Positions 20,320-31,817 of a stretch of DNA of 64,000 bases are shown piece after piece; the first letter of the stretch is position 1, and every line of letters begins with the position of its first letter. The notes below the pieces were generated by a model, which saw only the letters and a program-made list of their open reading frames with translations, ran no database searches and had not been told where the DNA came from. Origin of the DNA: an uncultured Burkholderiaceae bacterium (lineage in GTDB: Bacteria > Pseudomonadota > Gammaproteobacteria > Burkholderiales > Burkholderiaceae); assembly GCA_964293815.1 (NCBI GenBank), contig CAXYYC010000010.1, positions 203 to 64,202 of the forward strand, given 5' to 3'. The translations under genes were made by a program, and so were the position numbers.

Positions 20320-20946
20320 ATGTTTAATCGTTTTATGCCAAAAGAAGGTAAATTCTTCACGCTCTTTAACCAACACGCCTCATTGATGACCGCAACGGCC
20401 AAAGAAATGGTGACATTGTTTCAAGACATCGAGAATTCAGAAGTACACATTCAAAGCATCCGTGAAAAAGAGAAGAAAGCCGATCGCTTGACCTACGAGA
20501 CCGTTGATTTACTGCATAAAACCTTCATCACACCGCTGGATCGCGACGTCATTCTCAAACTCATGACCAATCTGGACGACGTGATTGATATGATGGAAGA
20601 CGTTTCCGAATGCGTTTCATTGTATCACGTCACCCAAACTTCCGAAAATGCCCAAAAGCTCTGCGAGATTATTCTCGGCTGTTGCGAACGCCTTGAGCTG
20701 TCCGTGAACCATTTGGAAGACACCAAAAACACCACGGAAGTCATCCGCTTGGCCTCTGAAATTGAGCGCCTCGAATCCGAAGCCGATCGCGTGATGCGCA
20801 CCGCGCTCTCGCGCCTGTTCCGCGAAGAAACCGACGCCATCAGCGTGGTCAAATACAAAGCCATTTACGAATTGCTCGAATCCATCACCGATAAATGCGA
20901 AGATGTCAGCAATATCATCCAAGGAATCATGGTTGAAAACGCGTAA
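20320..20946 (+). CDS. DUF47 / PhoU-related phosphate-transport regulator (TIGR00153-like)
   Basis: 208-aa all-helical protein, MFNRFMPKEGKFFTLF...EKKADRL...ESEADRV, immediately upstream of a PiT transporter as is usual for this family. Confidence 0.85.
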   Translation: MFNRFMPKEGKFFTLFNQHASLMTATAKEMVTLFQDIENSEVHIQSIREKEKKADRLTYETVDLLHKTFITPLDRDVILKLMTNLDDVIDMMEDVSECVSLYHVTQTSENAQKLCEIILGCCERLELSVNHLEDTKNTTEVIRLASEIERLESEADRVMRTALSRLFREETDAISVVKYKAIYELLESITDKCEDVSNIIQGIMVENA

Positions 20947-20990
20947 GCGCCTCCATCCGTTTTCACTCAACCATTTTTCAGAGGTTAACT

Positions 20991-22004
20991 ATGTCTAACT
21001 CGCTACACATCGGACTGGGCATGATGGTTTTTCTCATCGCTCTGGCGCTGATATTCGACTTCATGAACGGTTTTCACGACTCGGCGAACTCGATTGCCAC
21101 CGTCGTTTCTACCGGCGTTCTGAAGCCACACCACGCAGTCATTATGGCTGCGACATTCAACTTCATCGCATTTTATGTTTTGCCGCATAAAGTCGCCGCC
21201 ACCATCGGTAAGGGTATCGTTCAAGCCTCGGTGGTGGATCAATACGTCATTCTCGGTGCGTTGATGGGGGCAATTTTGTGGAATATCATTACTTGGTATT
21301 ACGGCATTCCTTCCTCCTCATCACATGCCTTGATGGGCGGTCTGATTGGCGCCGCAGTTGCCAAAAGCGGTTTTAGCGTCCTCATTGCCGACAAAATTTT
21401 ACAAACCGTTTTGTTCATTTTCTTATCACCTGCGTTGGGGCTGTTGTTCGGCTCGGCCTTGATGCTGATTGTCTCGTGGCTGTTTTTCCGAACGGCGCCG
21501 GCCAAAGTCGATCGCTGGTTCCGACGATTGCAATTGGTTTCTGCGGCGATGTACAGCTTGGGTCACGGCGGTAATGATGCGCAAAAAACCATGGGCATGA
21601 TCTGGCTGATTCTATTGGCCGGTGGCGTATTGACCGCGAATGATCCACTGCCGCTGTGGGTTGGCTATTCATGTTTCACCGCTATTGCTTTGGGCACCAT
21701 GTTCGGTGGCTGGCGCATCGTGAAAACCATGGGGCAAAAATTGGCCAAACTCAAACCAGTCAGTGGTTTCTGCGCAGAGACCGGCGGGGCTATTACCCTG
21801 TTTACCGCGACCGCAATGGGCGTTCCGGTCTCCACCACCCACACCATCACTGGTGCGATTTTGGGCGCAGGCTCCACCATGAAGGCCTCATCTGTACGCT
21901 GGGGTTTAGCGGGTAACATCGTGTGGGCATGGATTTTAACCATTCCCGCCTCGGCTTTTATGGCTGGGGTTTGCTGGGCGATTGCCGCAAAACTGCTGGG
22001 CTAA
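20991..22004 (+). CDS. Inorganic phosphate transporter, PiT family
   Basis: Duplicated PiT signature (GFHDSANSIATVVST and LGHGGNDAQKTMG). 337 aa, polytopic. GAGG lies upstream. Confidence 0.9.
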   Translation: MSNSLHIGLGMMVFLIALALIFDFMNGFHDSANSIATVVSTGVLKPHHAVIMAATFNFIAFYVLPHKVAATIGKGIVQASVVDQYVILGALMGAILWNIITWYYGIPSSSSHALMGGLIGAAVAKSGFSVLIADKILQTVLFIFLSPALGLLFGSALMLIVSWLFFRTAPAKVDRWFRRLQLVSAAMYSLGHGGNDAQKTMGMIWLILLAGGVLTANDPLPLWVGYSCFTAIALGTMFGGWRIVKTMGQKLAKLKPVSGFCAETGGAITLFTATAMGVPVSTTHTITGAILGAGSTMKASSVRWGLAGNIVWAWILTIPASAFMAGVCWAIAAKLLG

Positions 22005-22029
22005 AATGCTCGTCAATATATCAATATAT

Positions 22030-22061
22030 AAAAAAGCAAGTCTTAACGACTTGCTTTTTTA
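22030..22061. terminator. Bidirectional terminator between the PiT gene (+) and the trmH-like gene (-)
   Basis: AAAAAA-GCAAGTC-TTAAC-GACTTGC-TTTTTT. Confidence 0.8.
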
Positions 22062-22078
22062 TTGCCAAAACCACGTTG

Positions 22079-22897
22079 TCAGTGCGCTTGCTGACGCGCC
22101 ATCTCAAATAAGCATACCGCTGTCGCCGCCGCCACGTTCAGTGATTCACCCAAGGCCATCGGAATGGTCAAACGCGCATCGGCCTGCGCCAATAAGACCT
22201 CGCTCAATCCTGCACCTTCATTGCCCATCAGCCACGCAATTGGCCGATTCAGGTCATGCGTATATATACTTTGCGTCGTGTGCGAACTGGTGGCGCAAAC
22301 GTGGATATTAGCCTGTTTAAGTTGAGCAACAGCCGTCAGCAAATCAATGCGTTCGCGAATCGTCACACCAAAATGCGCGCCAACGCCGGCACGCAATACT
22401 TTGGCCGAATACGGATTAACACAGTGCTCACTCAGCCAAATCTCTTTCAATCCCGCAGCGGCACAACTGCGAATGATCGAACCCATATTACCGGGGTCTT
22501 GAATGCCGTCGAGCAACACCACGTTACCCGTAATCGCCTGCGTTGCCAACTCAGACGGAAGCCCAAATAACTGCGGTCGGCTGACCTCAAAAATTAAGGA
22601 TACGCCTTGCTCCAAACTGCTGATGTCGCGAAATACCGCGTTGGCCAGTTCAATCACTGGCGTGCCATGCGCCGACACTGCGCGCAATAATTGCTGCACC
22701 TCGGCATTATCCATCGCCGAGCTACCGACCCACACACGCTTCATTGAAAGTGCCTCATTCTTTGCACTTTGATGCTTGAGCAACAATTGACAGGCATGCA
22801 CGCCCTCAACCACCATCAGATCATCCGTGCGTTTGGGCTGATGAATCAAGCGTTTGAGGGCTTTGACCTGCGAATTGTCTTTGGATGAAATCAACAT
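22079..22897 (-). CDS. SpoU/TrmH-family RNA 2'-O-methyltransferase
   Basis: C-terminal SPOUT motifs (LLDGIQDPGNMGSIIRS, WLMGNEGAGLS, ESLNVAAATAVCLFE). The start ATG is 1 nt after the rnhB stop. Confidence 0.85.
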   Translation of the reverse strand: MLISSKDNSQVKALKRLIHQPKRTDDLMVVEGVHACQLLLKHQSAKNEALSMKRVWVGSSAMDNAEVQQLLRAVSAHGTPVIELANAVFRDISSLEQGVSLIFEVSRPQLFGLPSELATQAITGNVVLLDGIQDPGNMGSIIRSCAAAGLKEIWLSEHCVNPYSAKVLRAGVGAHFGVTIRERIDLLTAVAQLKQANIHVCATSSHTTQSIYTHDLNRPIAWLMGNEGAGLSEVLLAQADARLTIPMALGESLNVAAATAVCLFEMARQQAH

Positions 22898-22898
22898 G

Positions 22899-23543
22899 TT
22901 ATTTACTCTTAAATTGCAAGGTACGAACCGACGCGAAGCTCATACGGTGCTCTGGTGTCGCGCCGTGGCGCTGAAGCGCCTGTAAATGCGCCGCCGTCGG
23001 ATAGCCTTTGTGTTGGTCAAAACCATACTCGGGATAAAGCGCATGTAGCCGCAGACAATCGGCGTCACGCGCTACTTTCGCCAGAATTGATGCGGCAGAA
23101 ATGCACGCTTCTTTGGCATCGCCTTTAATCATCGCCTGACCGGCATAATGCGCCGCCGACAGACCTTTGGGATAATGATTGCCATCGACCCAAACCCAGT
23201 TGGGCTGAATGTTCAAAGCTTTGACCGCGCGCGTCATTGCCAACATGCTGGCCTGCAAAATATTCAATTCATCAATTTCCGCGACACTGGCGCTGGCCAC
23301 CGCCCACGCAGCCGCTTGCGCGCGAATCTGCTCCGCTAAATATTCACGCCGTTTCGCACTCAGCTTTTTTGAGTCGGCCAAGCCCGCGATGGGTTCGGCC
23401 AAAATCACGGCGGCGGCAAATACCGCACCGGCCAAAGGCCCGCGCCCCGCCTCATCCACGCCGCAAATGATGCGCGTTTGAACGGTTGAATCCAATACAG
23501 AAGCCTCACTCGAAAACAGATCAATCTGCATCACGCCATCCAT
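22899..23543 (-). CDS. rnhB: Ribonuclease HII
   Basis: [19 protein letters not shown] and DSKKLS motifs. I place the start at the ATG at 23543, which overlaps the lpxB stop (TGATG). The ORF-track frame extends to 23597. Confidence 0.92.
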   Translation of the reverse strand: MDGVMQIDLFSSEASVLDSTVQTRIICGVDEAGRGPLAGAVFAAAVILAEPIAGLADSKKLSAKRREYLAEQIRAQAAAWAVASASVAEIDELNILQASMLAMTRAVKALNIQPNWVWVDGNHYPKGLSAAHYAGQAMIKGDAKEACISAASILAKVARDADCLRLHALYPEYGFDQHKGYPTAAHLQALQRHGATPEHRMSFASVRTLQFKSK

Positions 23544-24727
23544 CACAGTTGTGTCGAGCGGCTTTGGCGACGCACATTCTCTATCGCCTGCGCGCACAAA
23601 TTCGGCGTATCAGCGATCAGCGAATGATGCAAATCAAGCAAACGTTCGTGAATCGTCGCGTTCACCGCGTAGCGATTGACTTCATGCAGCAAGGCATCAG
23701 CCAAATGCTCGGCGGTCGCTTCGTCTTGCAAAATTTCGGGGATAAAGGATTCTTGCATGAGGATATTCGGCAGGCCAATCCACGGTTGCAAAGCCACTTT
23801 TGGGTAAATCTGCGCCGACAGCCATGAGGTTTTGTACGAAATAATCGACGGTTTTTTATACAAAGCGACCTCCAAACTGGCCGTACCGCTGGCAACGATG
23901 GTTGCATCTGCCGCCGCCATGACACTGCGCGCTTGTCCGTCAAACCAGCGTATCGATAGATTCGGCGCGCATTCGCGGGCAATTCGCTCCAATTCAGGGC
24001 GCAAATTAGCGTGTGCCACCGGAACCAAACATTGCACCTCCTGCGCTGTGCCTGCACGCTGCGCGATCAACTGCGCGGCTTTGAAAAAATTCGGCGCGTT
24101 GTAGCTGACTTCCGAAGCACGCGAACCGGGCAAAATCGCCAGACAAAAAGCTTCCTGTGACACGTTCAACAACGCTCGTGCCGCAGCGGTATCGGCCTGT
24201 AGCGGAATTTGCTCGGCAAATGGATGACCGACATAAGTCGCAGGAATGCCGGCCTCATCATAAATTTTTTGCTCAAAGGGGAAAATCAGCAGCATGTGAT
24301 CCACCGCTTGGCGAATGGTTTCAATGCGTTTCGGACGCCACGCCCAAATCGATGGGCTGACATAGTGCATGGTCGGCACGCCTTTGGCACGCACGATTTT
24401 TTCCACACCCAGATTGAAATCAGGCGCATCAATGCCGATGAACACATCAGGACGCTGGCTGGTCACGCGTTCAATCAATTCGCGGCGCATTTTCAGGATG
24501 CGAGGCAGATGACGAATCGGTTCGAAATAACCGCGCACGGCCAAAGACTGCGATGGCCACCATGACTGCGCACCTTGCTTTTGCATGGCCTCGCCCACAA
24601 TGCCCGCGCTGTTAACCCGTGCGTAGTTGGCCTGCGCCCCTTGCAGCAGCACCGCCGCCAACTGATCGCCCGAAGACTCTCCGGCCACCAAAACCAAGTT
24701 CACCGTTTCTGCGTACATGACACCCAT
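23543..24727 (-). CDS. lpxB: Lipid-A-disaccharide synthase
   Basis: N-terminal [12 protein letters not shown]. 394 aa, GT19-like throughout. An alternative ATG is at 24718. Confidence 0.93.
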   Translation of the reverse strand: MGVMYAETVNLVLVAGESSGDQLAAVLLQGAQANYARVNSAGIVGEAMQKQGAQSWWPSQSLAVRGYFEPIRHLPRILKMRRELIERVTSQRPDVFIGIDAPDFNLGVEKIVRAKGVPTMHYVSPSIWAWRPKRIETIRQAVDHMLLIFPFEQKIYDEAGIPATYVGHPFAEQIPLQADTAAARALLNVSQEAFCLAILPGSRASEVSYNAPNFFKAAQLIAQRAGTAQEVQCLVPVAHANLRPELERIARECAPNLSIRWFDGQARSVMAAADATIVASGTASLEVALYKKPSIISYKTSWLSAQIYPKVALQPWIGLPNILMQESFIPEILQDEATAEHLADALLHEVNRYAVNATIHERLLDLHHSLIADTPNLCAQAIENVRRQSRSTQL

Positions 24728-24839
24728 TCATCTCAATATCAAAAATTCGGCGGGCACTGCCCGCCATTTTTACCATTTCTCACCACATCACGCCATCAGC
24801 CGCGTCATTTTATTTAAGCAATGCGTGACCCATTCACCC

Positions 24840-25631
24840 TCATCGGATAATGCCGCGATCAGAAATGCGTAAAAAGTCAGACATCAAATGCATCACCGCT
24901 GAATTAGCTGGGTCAGCCTGCGCCGCGACATCAATGGCCTCAACGGCCTGCTCGATGGTTAAATCTTGGCGGAACACCATTTTATACGCACGTTTGATCG
25001 CGGCAATTTGTTCTGGCGTATAACCACGACGTTTCAAACCTTCTGAGTTAATGCCAAAAGCCGCGCTCGGACTGCCGCCAATCATGACATACGGCGCCAC
25101 ATCCTTGAGCAAAATACTGCCGCCACCAATCATCGCATGCGCGCCAATTTTCACGAACTGATGCACGCCGCTCATGCCGCCAACAATCGCCCAATCCTGA
25201 ATCTGCACATGTCCAGCAAACTGTGCATTACTGGCCAAAATGGTGTGATTACCCACGCGGCAATCGTGCGCCAAGTGTACATAACCCATGATCCAGTTAT
25301 CATCGCCAATGCTGGTAATGCCTTCGTCTTGCGTTGTACCCAAATGAAAACTGCAAAACTCGCGAATCGTATTGCGATCACCAATCACCAATTGGGTCGG
25401 TTCGCCCGCATATTTTTTATCCTGCGGCACGCCGCCGAGTAAAATATGATGACCAATGATATTGTCTGCACCAATCGTGGCGTGGCCTTCGATAATCGTG
25501 TGCGCGCCGATCTGCGTCCCTGCACCGATGACCACATCCGGCCCGATCACGCTGTACGCACCGACGCTCACGTTCTCGGCCAATTGTGCTTTCGGATCAA
25601 CTAACGCAGTTGCATGGATTTGTGTGCTCAT
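24840..25631 (-). CDS. lpxA: UDP-N-acetylglucosamine O-acyltransferase
   Basis: Left-handed beta-helix hexapeptide repeats plus a helical C-domain. 263 aa. Its position after fabZ fits. Confidence 0.95.
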   Translation of the reverse strand: MSTQIHATALVDPKAQLAENVSVGAYSVIGPDVVIGAGTQIGAHTIIEGHATIGADNIIGHHILLGGVPQDKKYAGEPTQLVIGDRNTIREFCSFHLGTTQDEGITSIGDDNWIMGYVHLAHDCRVGNHTILASNAQFAGHVQIQDWAIVGGMSGVHQFVKIGAHAMIGGGSILLKDVAPYVMIGGSPSAAFGINSEGLKRRGYTPEQIAAIKRAYKMVFRQDLTIEQAVEAIDVAAQADPANSAVMHLMSDFLRISDRGIIR

Positions 25632-25660
25632 AAATTAACCATTTACGTTTGAATTAAATG

Positions 25661-26128
25661 TTAGCCATTGGATGCGGGGGCTTCAATTCGGTAGGTGCAA
25701 ATCAAATCAGCTTCTGCAGCAACCACGCCATCTACTTTCGCGCAGGTGGAAAAATACGCAAATGAGCGCGCCACCTTGGTCAAGCGTGACTCCAGCACCA
25801 ATTGATCGCCCGGCTCAACTTGACGCTTGAAGCGAACATTATTCATGCCAACGAAATAATACATCGCATCTGGATGCAGCTCATTAACCCATAACAGAGC
25901 CGAAGCCTGCGCCAAAGCCTCCATAATCAGCACGCCCGGCATCACTGGACGCTTCGGGAAATGCCCCATGAAAAACGGTTCGTTCATGGTTACATTTTTA
26001 ATGGCCAGCAAACGTTTTTGCGGCTCAACCTCAATCACCCGATCAACCAATAAAAAAGGATAGCGGTGTGGTAAGCGGCGCACCACTTCCGTAATATCGT
26101 AGCCTGAATCTGTCATACTCAACCCCAT
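25661..26128 (-). CDS. fabZ: 3-hydroxyacyl-ACP dehydratase
   Basis: [13 protein letters not shown] and [25 protein letters not shown] lies 5 nt upstream of the ATG. Confidence 0.95.
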   Translation of the reverse strand: MGLSMTDSGYDITEVVRRLPHRYPFLLVDRVIEVEPQKRLLAIKNVTMNEPFFMGHFPKRPVMPGVLIMEALAQASALLWVNELHPDAMYYFVGMNNVRFKRQVEPGDQLVLESRLTKVARSFAYFSTCAKVDGVVAAEADLICTYRIEAPASNG

Positions 26129-26144
26129 GTCTGCCTCTCAATAC

Positions 26145-27263
26145 TTACTGATTTTCTGTATCTGATGAATGCTCAGATTTTCTTTCTAAACCACGAATCC
26201 GCTTGCGCAAATCCGCCAAATGACGAACCAACGAAGCATTTCGTTCCCATTCGCGATGTGTGCTGGTTGGGTAAACCCCTGTATATTGTCCTGCGACCGT
26301 TACATCCGAGGTAATTGCCGTGCCACCGGACACCACCGTGTGATCGGCGATGCTCAAATGACCGCCGAGCATGGCCGCCCCCCCAATCATACAGGACTTA
26401 CCAATAATCGTGCTACCGGCAATGCCTGCACAGGCCGCAATCGCCGTATGCGCACCCACCACACAATTATGCGCAATCTGAACCAGATTATCAATTTTGA
26501 CATCATCCTCAATCACGGTATCGGTTAGCGCACCCCGATCAATCGTGGTATTCGCACCGATTTCCACGTCATTGCCAATCATCACGCGGCCAACCTGAGG
26601 AATTTTTTGCCAACCATTCGGCGTCGGCGCAAAGCCAAAACCATCCGAACCAATCACTGCACCGGCATGGATGATGCAACGCTCGCCGATTTCACATCCC
26701 TGATAAATCGTAACGTTCGAATAGATTCGTGACCGCGCGCCAATGCGCACCTGCGCGCCCAAGCGCACGCCTGATTCGATCACCACGCCATCGCCAATCT
26801 GGGCGTCAGCCTCAATCACGACATACGCGCCAATCCGCACGTTTTGCCCGATCTGCGCCGTGTCGGCAATCACTGCTGTTGGGTGAATAGCGGTTGATTG
26901 CGGCGGTTGAGGCAGGTAACAACGCTGCGCCACCATCGCATACAAGGCATACGGCTGGCGACACACGGCAAATGTGGTCTGTACGCCGTTAAATGCCGGT
27001 TGGCTTTGCAACCATTCGTAATCGGCTTCGCTCAAAGCGATCACACTCGCTTGGCAATCCAATAGCTGCGTGCGCAGTTTGGCATTACTCAAAAAGGCGA
27101 ACGCACCCGTTCCCGCCAGATTCAGCGGCGCGACATGCGTAACGCACACATCCTCCAGAGCCACGCCCTGCGCTAAATGCACCTGCGCCTGTACCGCTAA
27201 AAATAAATCAGCCAGTGCTTGTGGTTGAACCAACACTGGCTTGAATGAAGTGATCGTACTCAT
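26145..27263 (-). CDS. lpxD: UDP-3-O-acylglucosamine N-acyltransferase
   Basis: Hexapeptide repeat core. 372 aa with a charged C-terminal tail. It lies between skp and fabZ. Confidence 0.93.
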   Translation of the reverse strand: MSTITSFKPVLVQPQALADLFLAVQAQVHLAQGVALEDVCVTHVAPLNLAGTGAFAFLSNAKLRTQLLDCQASVIALSEADYEWLQSQPAFNGVQTTFAVCRQPYALYAMVAQRCYLPQPPQSTAIHPTAVIADTAQIGQNVRIGAYVVIEADAQIGDGVVIESGVRLGAQVRIGARSRIYSNVTIYQGCEIGERCIIHAGAVIGSDGFGFAPTPNGWQKIPQVGRVMIGNDVEIGANTTIDRGALTDTVIEDDVKIDNLVQIAHNCVVGAHTAIAACAGIAGSTIIGKSCMIGGAAMLGGHLSIADHTVVSGGTAITSDVTVAGQYTGVYPTSTHREWERNASLVRHLADLRKRIRGLERKSEHSSDTENQ

Positions 27264-27336
27264 CTACCTGACTTTTCCGCATAAGCCATTGTGGCAACTA
27301 AGTAAGTAGCGAACAATGACTCACGCTTAAATTGCA

Positions 27337-27861
27337 TTATTTCAAACGTTCCAATACGCGTTGGGTCATGTCGTATTGTGGCTTGATGTACACCGCTTCT
27401 TGTACCACCAGATCATAGCCATCTTTTTCCGCGAGGTCACGGATCACCGTATTGGCGTTTTTGAGCAAATCTTGTAGCAATTTATTTTGCGCTTGTGCCA
27501 ATTCAGTTTCAAAAGCGGTACGTTCGGTGTCAAACGCTTCGACCGCTTTGCCAATATCAGCTTCGCGTTGCGCGCGCTGCTCATCAGTCAATTTCGGGAA
27601 ATCTTTTTCATACACCTGTTGTTTATTGCGAATCTCTGCGGCCTTTTGCTCCAAACCGCGTTCTCGCGATTTGAAATTTTTATCCAAAGTCGCGCGCGCA
27701 TTTTTCGCAGGCGCCGATTCGGCCAGCAGTCGATCCAAGCTCACATAGCCGACCTTGAAGTCCTGAGCCATAGCCGAAAAAGATGGTAGTGCCAAAGCCA
27801 TTGCTAAACCAACTGCGACTTTTTGAGCTGCCCATTTATTCGTCCAAGTTCTTGCATTCAT
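27337..27861 (-). CDS. skp: Periplasmic chaperone Skp (OmpH)
   Basis: The signal peptide ends in SFSAMA. The body is coiled-coil and Lys/Glu/Gln-rich. The ATG at 27861 has AAGGTGGA upstream; the ORF-track frame starts at 27888. Confidence 0.85.
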   Translation of the reverse strand: MNARTWTNKWAAQKVAVGLAMALALPSFSAMAQDFKVGYVSLDRLLAESAPAKNARATLDKNFKSRERGLEQKAAEIRNKQQVYEKDFPKLTDEQRAQREADIGKAVEAFDTERTAFETELAQAQNKLLQDLLKNANTVIRDLAEKDGYDLVVQEAVYIKPQYDMTQRVLERLK

Positions 27862-27925
27862 CACTTCCACCTTTATCATCATGTCCATCTATATATTAAA
27901 CAGATACAGCCTGCATCATAGCAGA

Positions 27926-30346
27926 TTAGAACGAGGTACCAATCTGGAATTGGAATCGTTGTTCTTCGTCACCCGCTTTTTTCTTGATCGGAATACCATA
28001 GCTGAATTTCAACGGGCCAATCGGCGATGCCCACAACAGCCCTAAACCTGCTGAATAGCGCATACCTTCGCTACCTGCCACATAGGCGCTGGATTTTTGA
28101 TCCGCCCAGACACCAGCAGCATCAGCAAAGACAAACAAACGCGCTGCTTTGCTTTTAGTCATGCCTGGGAATGGAAATTGCAGTTCCAAATTCGCAATCG
28201 CGCGTTTGTTACCGCCAACGTAGTTATAACCGGTTTGCGTCGGGTCATTCGGATTCCGTGTTTCACGAGGACCGACGGTACTGCTGTCGTAGCCGCGAAC
28301 CGAACCCAAACCACCGGCAAAGAAGCCATTGTAAAATGGATAAACCGAACTACCCAAACCTTTACCATAGTCAAACTGGGTATTCAACGCCAGAGTGAAA
28401 CGCTTACTCAATGGCACATATTGTTGATACTGATACGACAGCGTGTAGTATTTCAGATCGCCAAACGGGGTAATGGAACCCAGCACTTTTTGGTATTGAC
28501 CACGGCTCGGCATCACCACAGAGTCACGCGTATCGTAGCTCCAACCCAAGGTCATGGCGTAGGTCATGAAATGGTTTCTATTTTTGCCATATTTGCTCAT
28601 GAAATCCAAATAGCCAACAGGACTTCTGGCTTGATCCAACTCAATTTTGTTGTACTCGGGATTCATACCTAAATACAAACGGTGGCGTTCGGTCAAAGGA
28701 ATACCGTAGACCAAGTTCAAGCCTGCCGTGGTATAAATAGTTTCCGACAAATTCAGCTTCGATTGATCGGTTCGACGATAGTACGCGCCCACCGTTTGAC
28801 TAATGCCATCTTTGGTAAAGTAGGGGTTGGTACTAGAGATGCTGATATTGCGCGATGATTTGCTGGTGTCAATCGCCACCGACAGTGATTGACCACTGCC
28901 CATAAAGTTGTTTTCGGTGATTGAACCAGACAAAGTGACTTTATCACTGGTGCTGTAGCCCAAGCCGAGTTTCAAGTCACCGGTTGGCAGCTCGTTCACA
29001 CTGTAATTCACATCCACCTGATTATTCGTGCCTTGCACGGGAACCACTTCAACATCTACTTTGTCAAAATAGCCCAAACGGTCAATGCGGTCACGCGACA
29101 GGCGCACTTTCGCTCCGTCAAACAGGCCACTTTCCATCTGACGCACTTCGCGACGGATCACAAAGTCTTGCGTTCGGCTATTGCCGCTAATATTCACACG
29201 GCGCACATACACGCGCTCCATCGGATTAACCGCAATCACCACATCAACCGTATGATCGGCTGATGGTTTGGGTTGAACGTCTACCTGAGCCAATGCGTAG
29301 CCATCTTCACCCAAACGATCATGAATATTTTCGACAATTTTGCTGATTTTTTCGCGCGAATAGGCGCTGCCAATGCGGTATTTCAGTAGTTTTTCAATGT
29401 CCGCACGCGGTGTGCCTTTGGTATCGCCGACCAGCGACAAACTGCTGACACGGTACGGTTCGCCTTCTTTGACCGTTAAATTCAAATCCACGCCATTTTC
29501 TTTGGCCGATGGCGTCACGCGCACATCTGTGAAGTCAAAATCCAAATAGCCGCGATCATAGTAATACGCACGAATATTTTCCAAATCGGCTTTCAAACGC
29601 TCTTCAGAGTAAACGCTATCCTTGGTATACCACGAGAAGATACCGTTTTTGTCCATTTCCATCTGATTGCGAATGGTGTAGTCGGACACATGGGTATTAC
29701 CATCAATTTTGATGCCGCGAATTTTTGTGCTTTTACCTTCGTCAACCTTGATGTTGACGATGACTTGATTGCGATCTTGTTTAATCACTTCGGTATTGAC
29801 TGCGGCGGCGGTCAAACCAGAATCATGATAGGCTTGCATCAACTCGCCTTTGATTTGCTCCAATGCCGCCGGATTGTACGGCATCCCTTGGGCAAACCCT
29901 TTGGATTTAAGGGTTTCACGGAAGGCTTTTGCATCCAAACGTTTCATGCCGGTGATTTTAAATTCCGAGATCACCGGACGCTCGCTGAGCTTGATTTTCA
30001 ATACCGATCCATTCAAATCAGCGCTGATGTTTTCGTACAAACCCGAGTCATATAGGGATTTTACGACCACGGCTTCAGAATCTTTGGAATGGGTGTCACC
30101 CACCTTAATTGGCAAAATATTAAATACCGTGGTCGGGTCGCTACGCTCCAAACCATCCACTGTGATGTCCGAGAGCACTGTACCCTTTTGAGCAGCCGCT
30201 TTAGCTGGCGCAGTGACGGCTTTTGCTTTGGTTTGCGGCGCGGTCACCGAGGTCTGTGCCCACGCAGGATTGGCCGCCAAAGCCCCCAACATGATGATGC
30301 CCATATATCCAGGGGTGAAACGCAGGGTATGTTGTTTTGCAGACAT
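27926..30346 (-). CDS. bamA: Outer-membrane protein assembly factor BamA
   Basis: Signal peptide, POTRA repeats, a C-terminal beta-barrel and a terminal ...FQFQIGTSF. The ATG at 30346 has AGGA upstream; the ORF-track frame starts at 30424. Confidence 0.95.
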   Translation of the reverse strand: MSAKQHTLRFTPGYMGIIMLGALAANPAWAQTSVTAPQTKAKAVTAPAKAAAQKGTVLSDITVDGLERSDPTTVFNILPIKVGDTHSKDSEAVVVKSLYDSGLYENISADLNGSVLKIKLSERPVISEFKITGMKRLDAKAFRETLKSKGFAQGMPYNPAALEQIKGELMQAYHDSGLTAAAVNTEVIKQDRNQVIVNIKVDEGKSTKIRGIKIDGNTHVSDYTIRNQMEMDKNGIFSWYTKDSVYSEERLKADLENIRAYYYDRGYLDFDFTDVRVTPSAKENGVDLNLTVKEGEPYRVSSLSLVGDTKGTPRADIEKLLKYRIGSAYSREKISKIVENIHDRLGEDGYALAQVDVQPKPSADHTVDVVIAVNPMERVYVRRVNISGNSRTQDFVIRREVRQMESGLFDGAKVRLSRDRIDRLGYFDKVDVEVVPVQGTNNQVDVNYSVNELPTGDLKLGLGYSTSDKVTLSGSITENNFMGSGQSLSVAIDTSKSSRNISISSTNPYFTKDGISQTVGAYYRRTDQSKLNLSETIYTTAGLNLVYGIPLTERHRLYLGMNPEYNKIELDQARSPVGYLDFMSKYGKNRNHFMTYAMTLGWSYDTRDSVVMPSRGQYQKVLGSITPFGDLKYYTLSYQYQQYVPLSKRFTLALNTQFDYGKGLGSSVYPFYNGFFAGGLGSVRGYDSSTVGPRETRNPNDPTQTGYNYVGGNKRAIANLELQFPFPGMTKSKAARLFVFADAAGVWADQKSSAYVAGSEGMRYSAGLGLLWASPIGPLKFSYGIPIKKKAGDEEQRFQFQIGTSF

Positions 30347-30420
30347 GTTATTCCTATTTTCCATATGAGTTAACGTCTTTTCGCTTTCTAAACCGATTGA
30401 TGCGCCCCATTCACATTCGA

Positions 30421-31770
30421 TCACGCAAACCAGTGCGCGTCATTGAATAATGCAATGCCCATCAATAATAGTAATAATAGAAAGCCTATTTTTTGTCCAA
30501 CCACTAAAAACTGTTCTGGCAAAGGCCGCCCTCGGACGGCTTCTGCGGCGTAGTATACCAAATGACCGCCGTCTAATACAGGAATTGGCAATAAATTTAA
30601 CGTGCCGAGGCTGACGGATAGTACGGCCAAAAAGCCGAGAAATTGTGTGAAACCGCCATGAGCGCTATTGCCTGCCTGCTTGGCGATCGTCACTGGCCCG
30701 CCAATGTTTTTCACACTCAAATGGCCTGTGACAATTTTATATAAACCCTTTAAATTCAAGCCAATTTGTTCTATCGTGGTATCCACGCCCAAATAAATTG
30801 CCTTGAACAACCCACGGTGTTCGGTCACCATCGGCACATCCGAGGCCACCTGTATGCCCACGCGCCCAACCGTAATCGGTGCTTGTCCGGGTTGATTCAC
30901 CGGCAGCGTCTCAGCCTTCGGTGTGATTTCAGCAGAAAAAGTTTCGTTTTGGCGCTGAACCATCAAGGTCACCACGCGATCTGGGCTGGCATGAATGGCA
31001 CTCAGAATCTGATTACCGCTGGTGCGAACGCCATTAACGCCAATCAAAACATCGCCCGCTTTTAACCCAGCCTGCTCAGCCGGAGAGCCAGCCACAACCT
31101 GACCAATCGGCGCATTTTTTTGATACAGCGCCAAGCCGACCTGCTCTTGCCAATTTTGTTGATCCAAACTGATTTGCGCCAAGGACAACGGTGAACTGGT
31201 GTGCTCATTACCCGCCGTATCGCGCCACTTCAGCGTGATGCTGCCTTGATCCAACAAAGTTTTAATGACCGACGTTTGAACGTCTGCATAGCTTTTAACC
31301 GGTTGCTGATTGATTTCGAGCACCGTATCACCGTCTTTGATACCGGTTTGCGCCAATACCGACTGCATACTCGGCGAGGACAGTACCGGCGCAGGCATAC
31401 GCGCCGTACCATAATGCAGCCCCGCAAAGACTAAGGCGGCAAAAATTAAATTCACCAGCGGACCAGCCGCCACAATCGCCATGCGCTGCCACACTGAGCG
31501 CGAAGCGAAGCTCCCTGCGACGGCCTGTGACTGTGATTCTTTGGTCGCAATGCTGTATTCGCCGCGCATTTTGACATAGCCGCCCAGCGGAATGCTGGCA
31601 ATGCAAAATTCAGTGCCTTCGCGATTTTTCCATGTATACAACGGCTTGCCAAAACCGACGGAGAATTTTTCAATCGCCACGCCCGCGCGTTTGGCCACCC
31701 AATAGTGCCCCCACTCGTGGATGGTCACCAGCACCAATATGGCGACTAAAAAGGAAAACAACTCGATCAT
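30421..31770 (-). CDS. rseP: RIP zinc metalloprotease RseP
   Basis: HEWGHYWVA (HExxH), PDZ region and NLLPIPVLDGGH. Confidence 0.93.
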   Translation of the reverse strand: MIELFSFLVAILVLVTIHEWGHYWVAKRAGVAIEKFSVGFGKPLYTWKNREGTEFCIASIPLGGYVKMRGEYSIATKESQSQAVAGSFASRSVWQRMAIVAAGPLVNLIFAALVFAGLHYGTARMPAPVLSSPSMQSVLAQTGIKDGDTVLEINQQPVKSYADVQTSVIKTLLDQGSITLKWRDTAGNEHTSSPLSLAQISLDQQNWQEQVGLALYQKNAPIGQVVAGSPAEQAGLKAGDVLIGVNGVRTSGNQILSAIHASPDRVVTLMVQRQNETFSAEITPKAETLPVNQPGQAPITVGRVGIQVASDVPMVTEHRGLFKAIYLGVDTTIEQIGLNLKGLYKIVTGHLSVKNIGGPVTIAKQAGNSAHGGFTQFLGFLAVLSVSLGTLNLLPIPVLDGGHLVYYAAEAVRGRPLPEQFLVVGQKIGFLLLLLLMGIALFNDAHWFA

Positions 31771-31817
31771 AAAATATTCCTATCGCAGACCAAGCCAATG
31801 ATTGACGTGGTTTGCCA

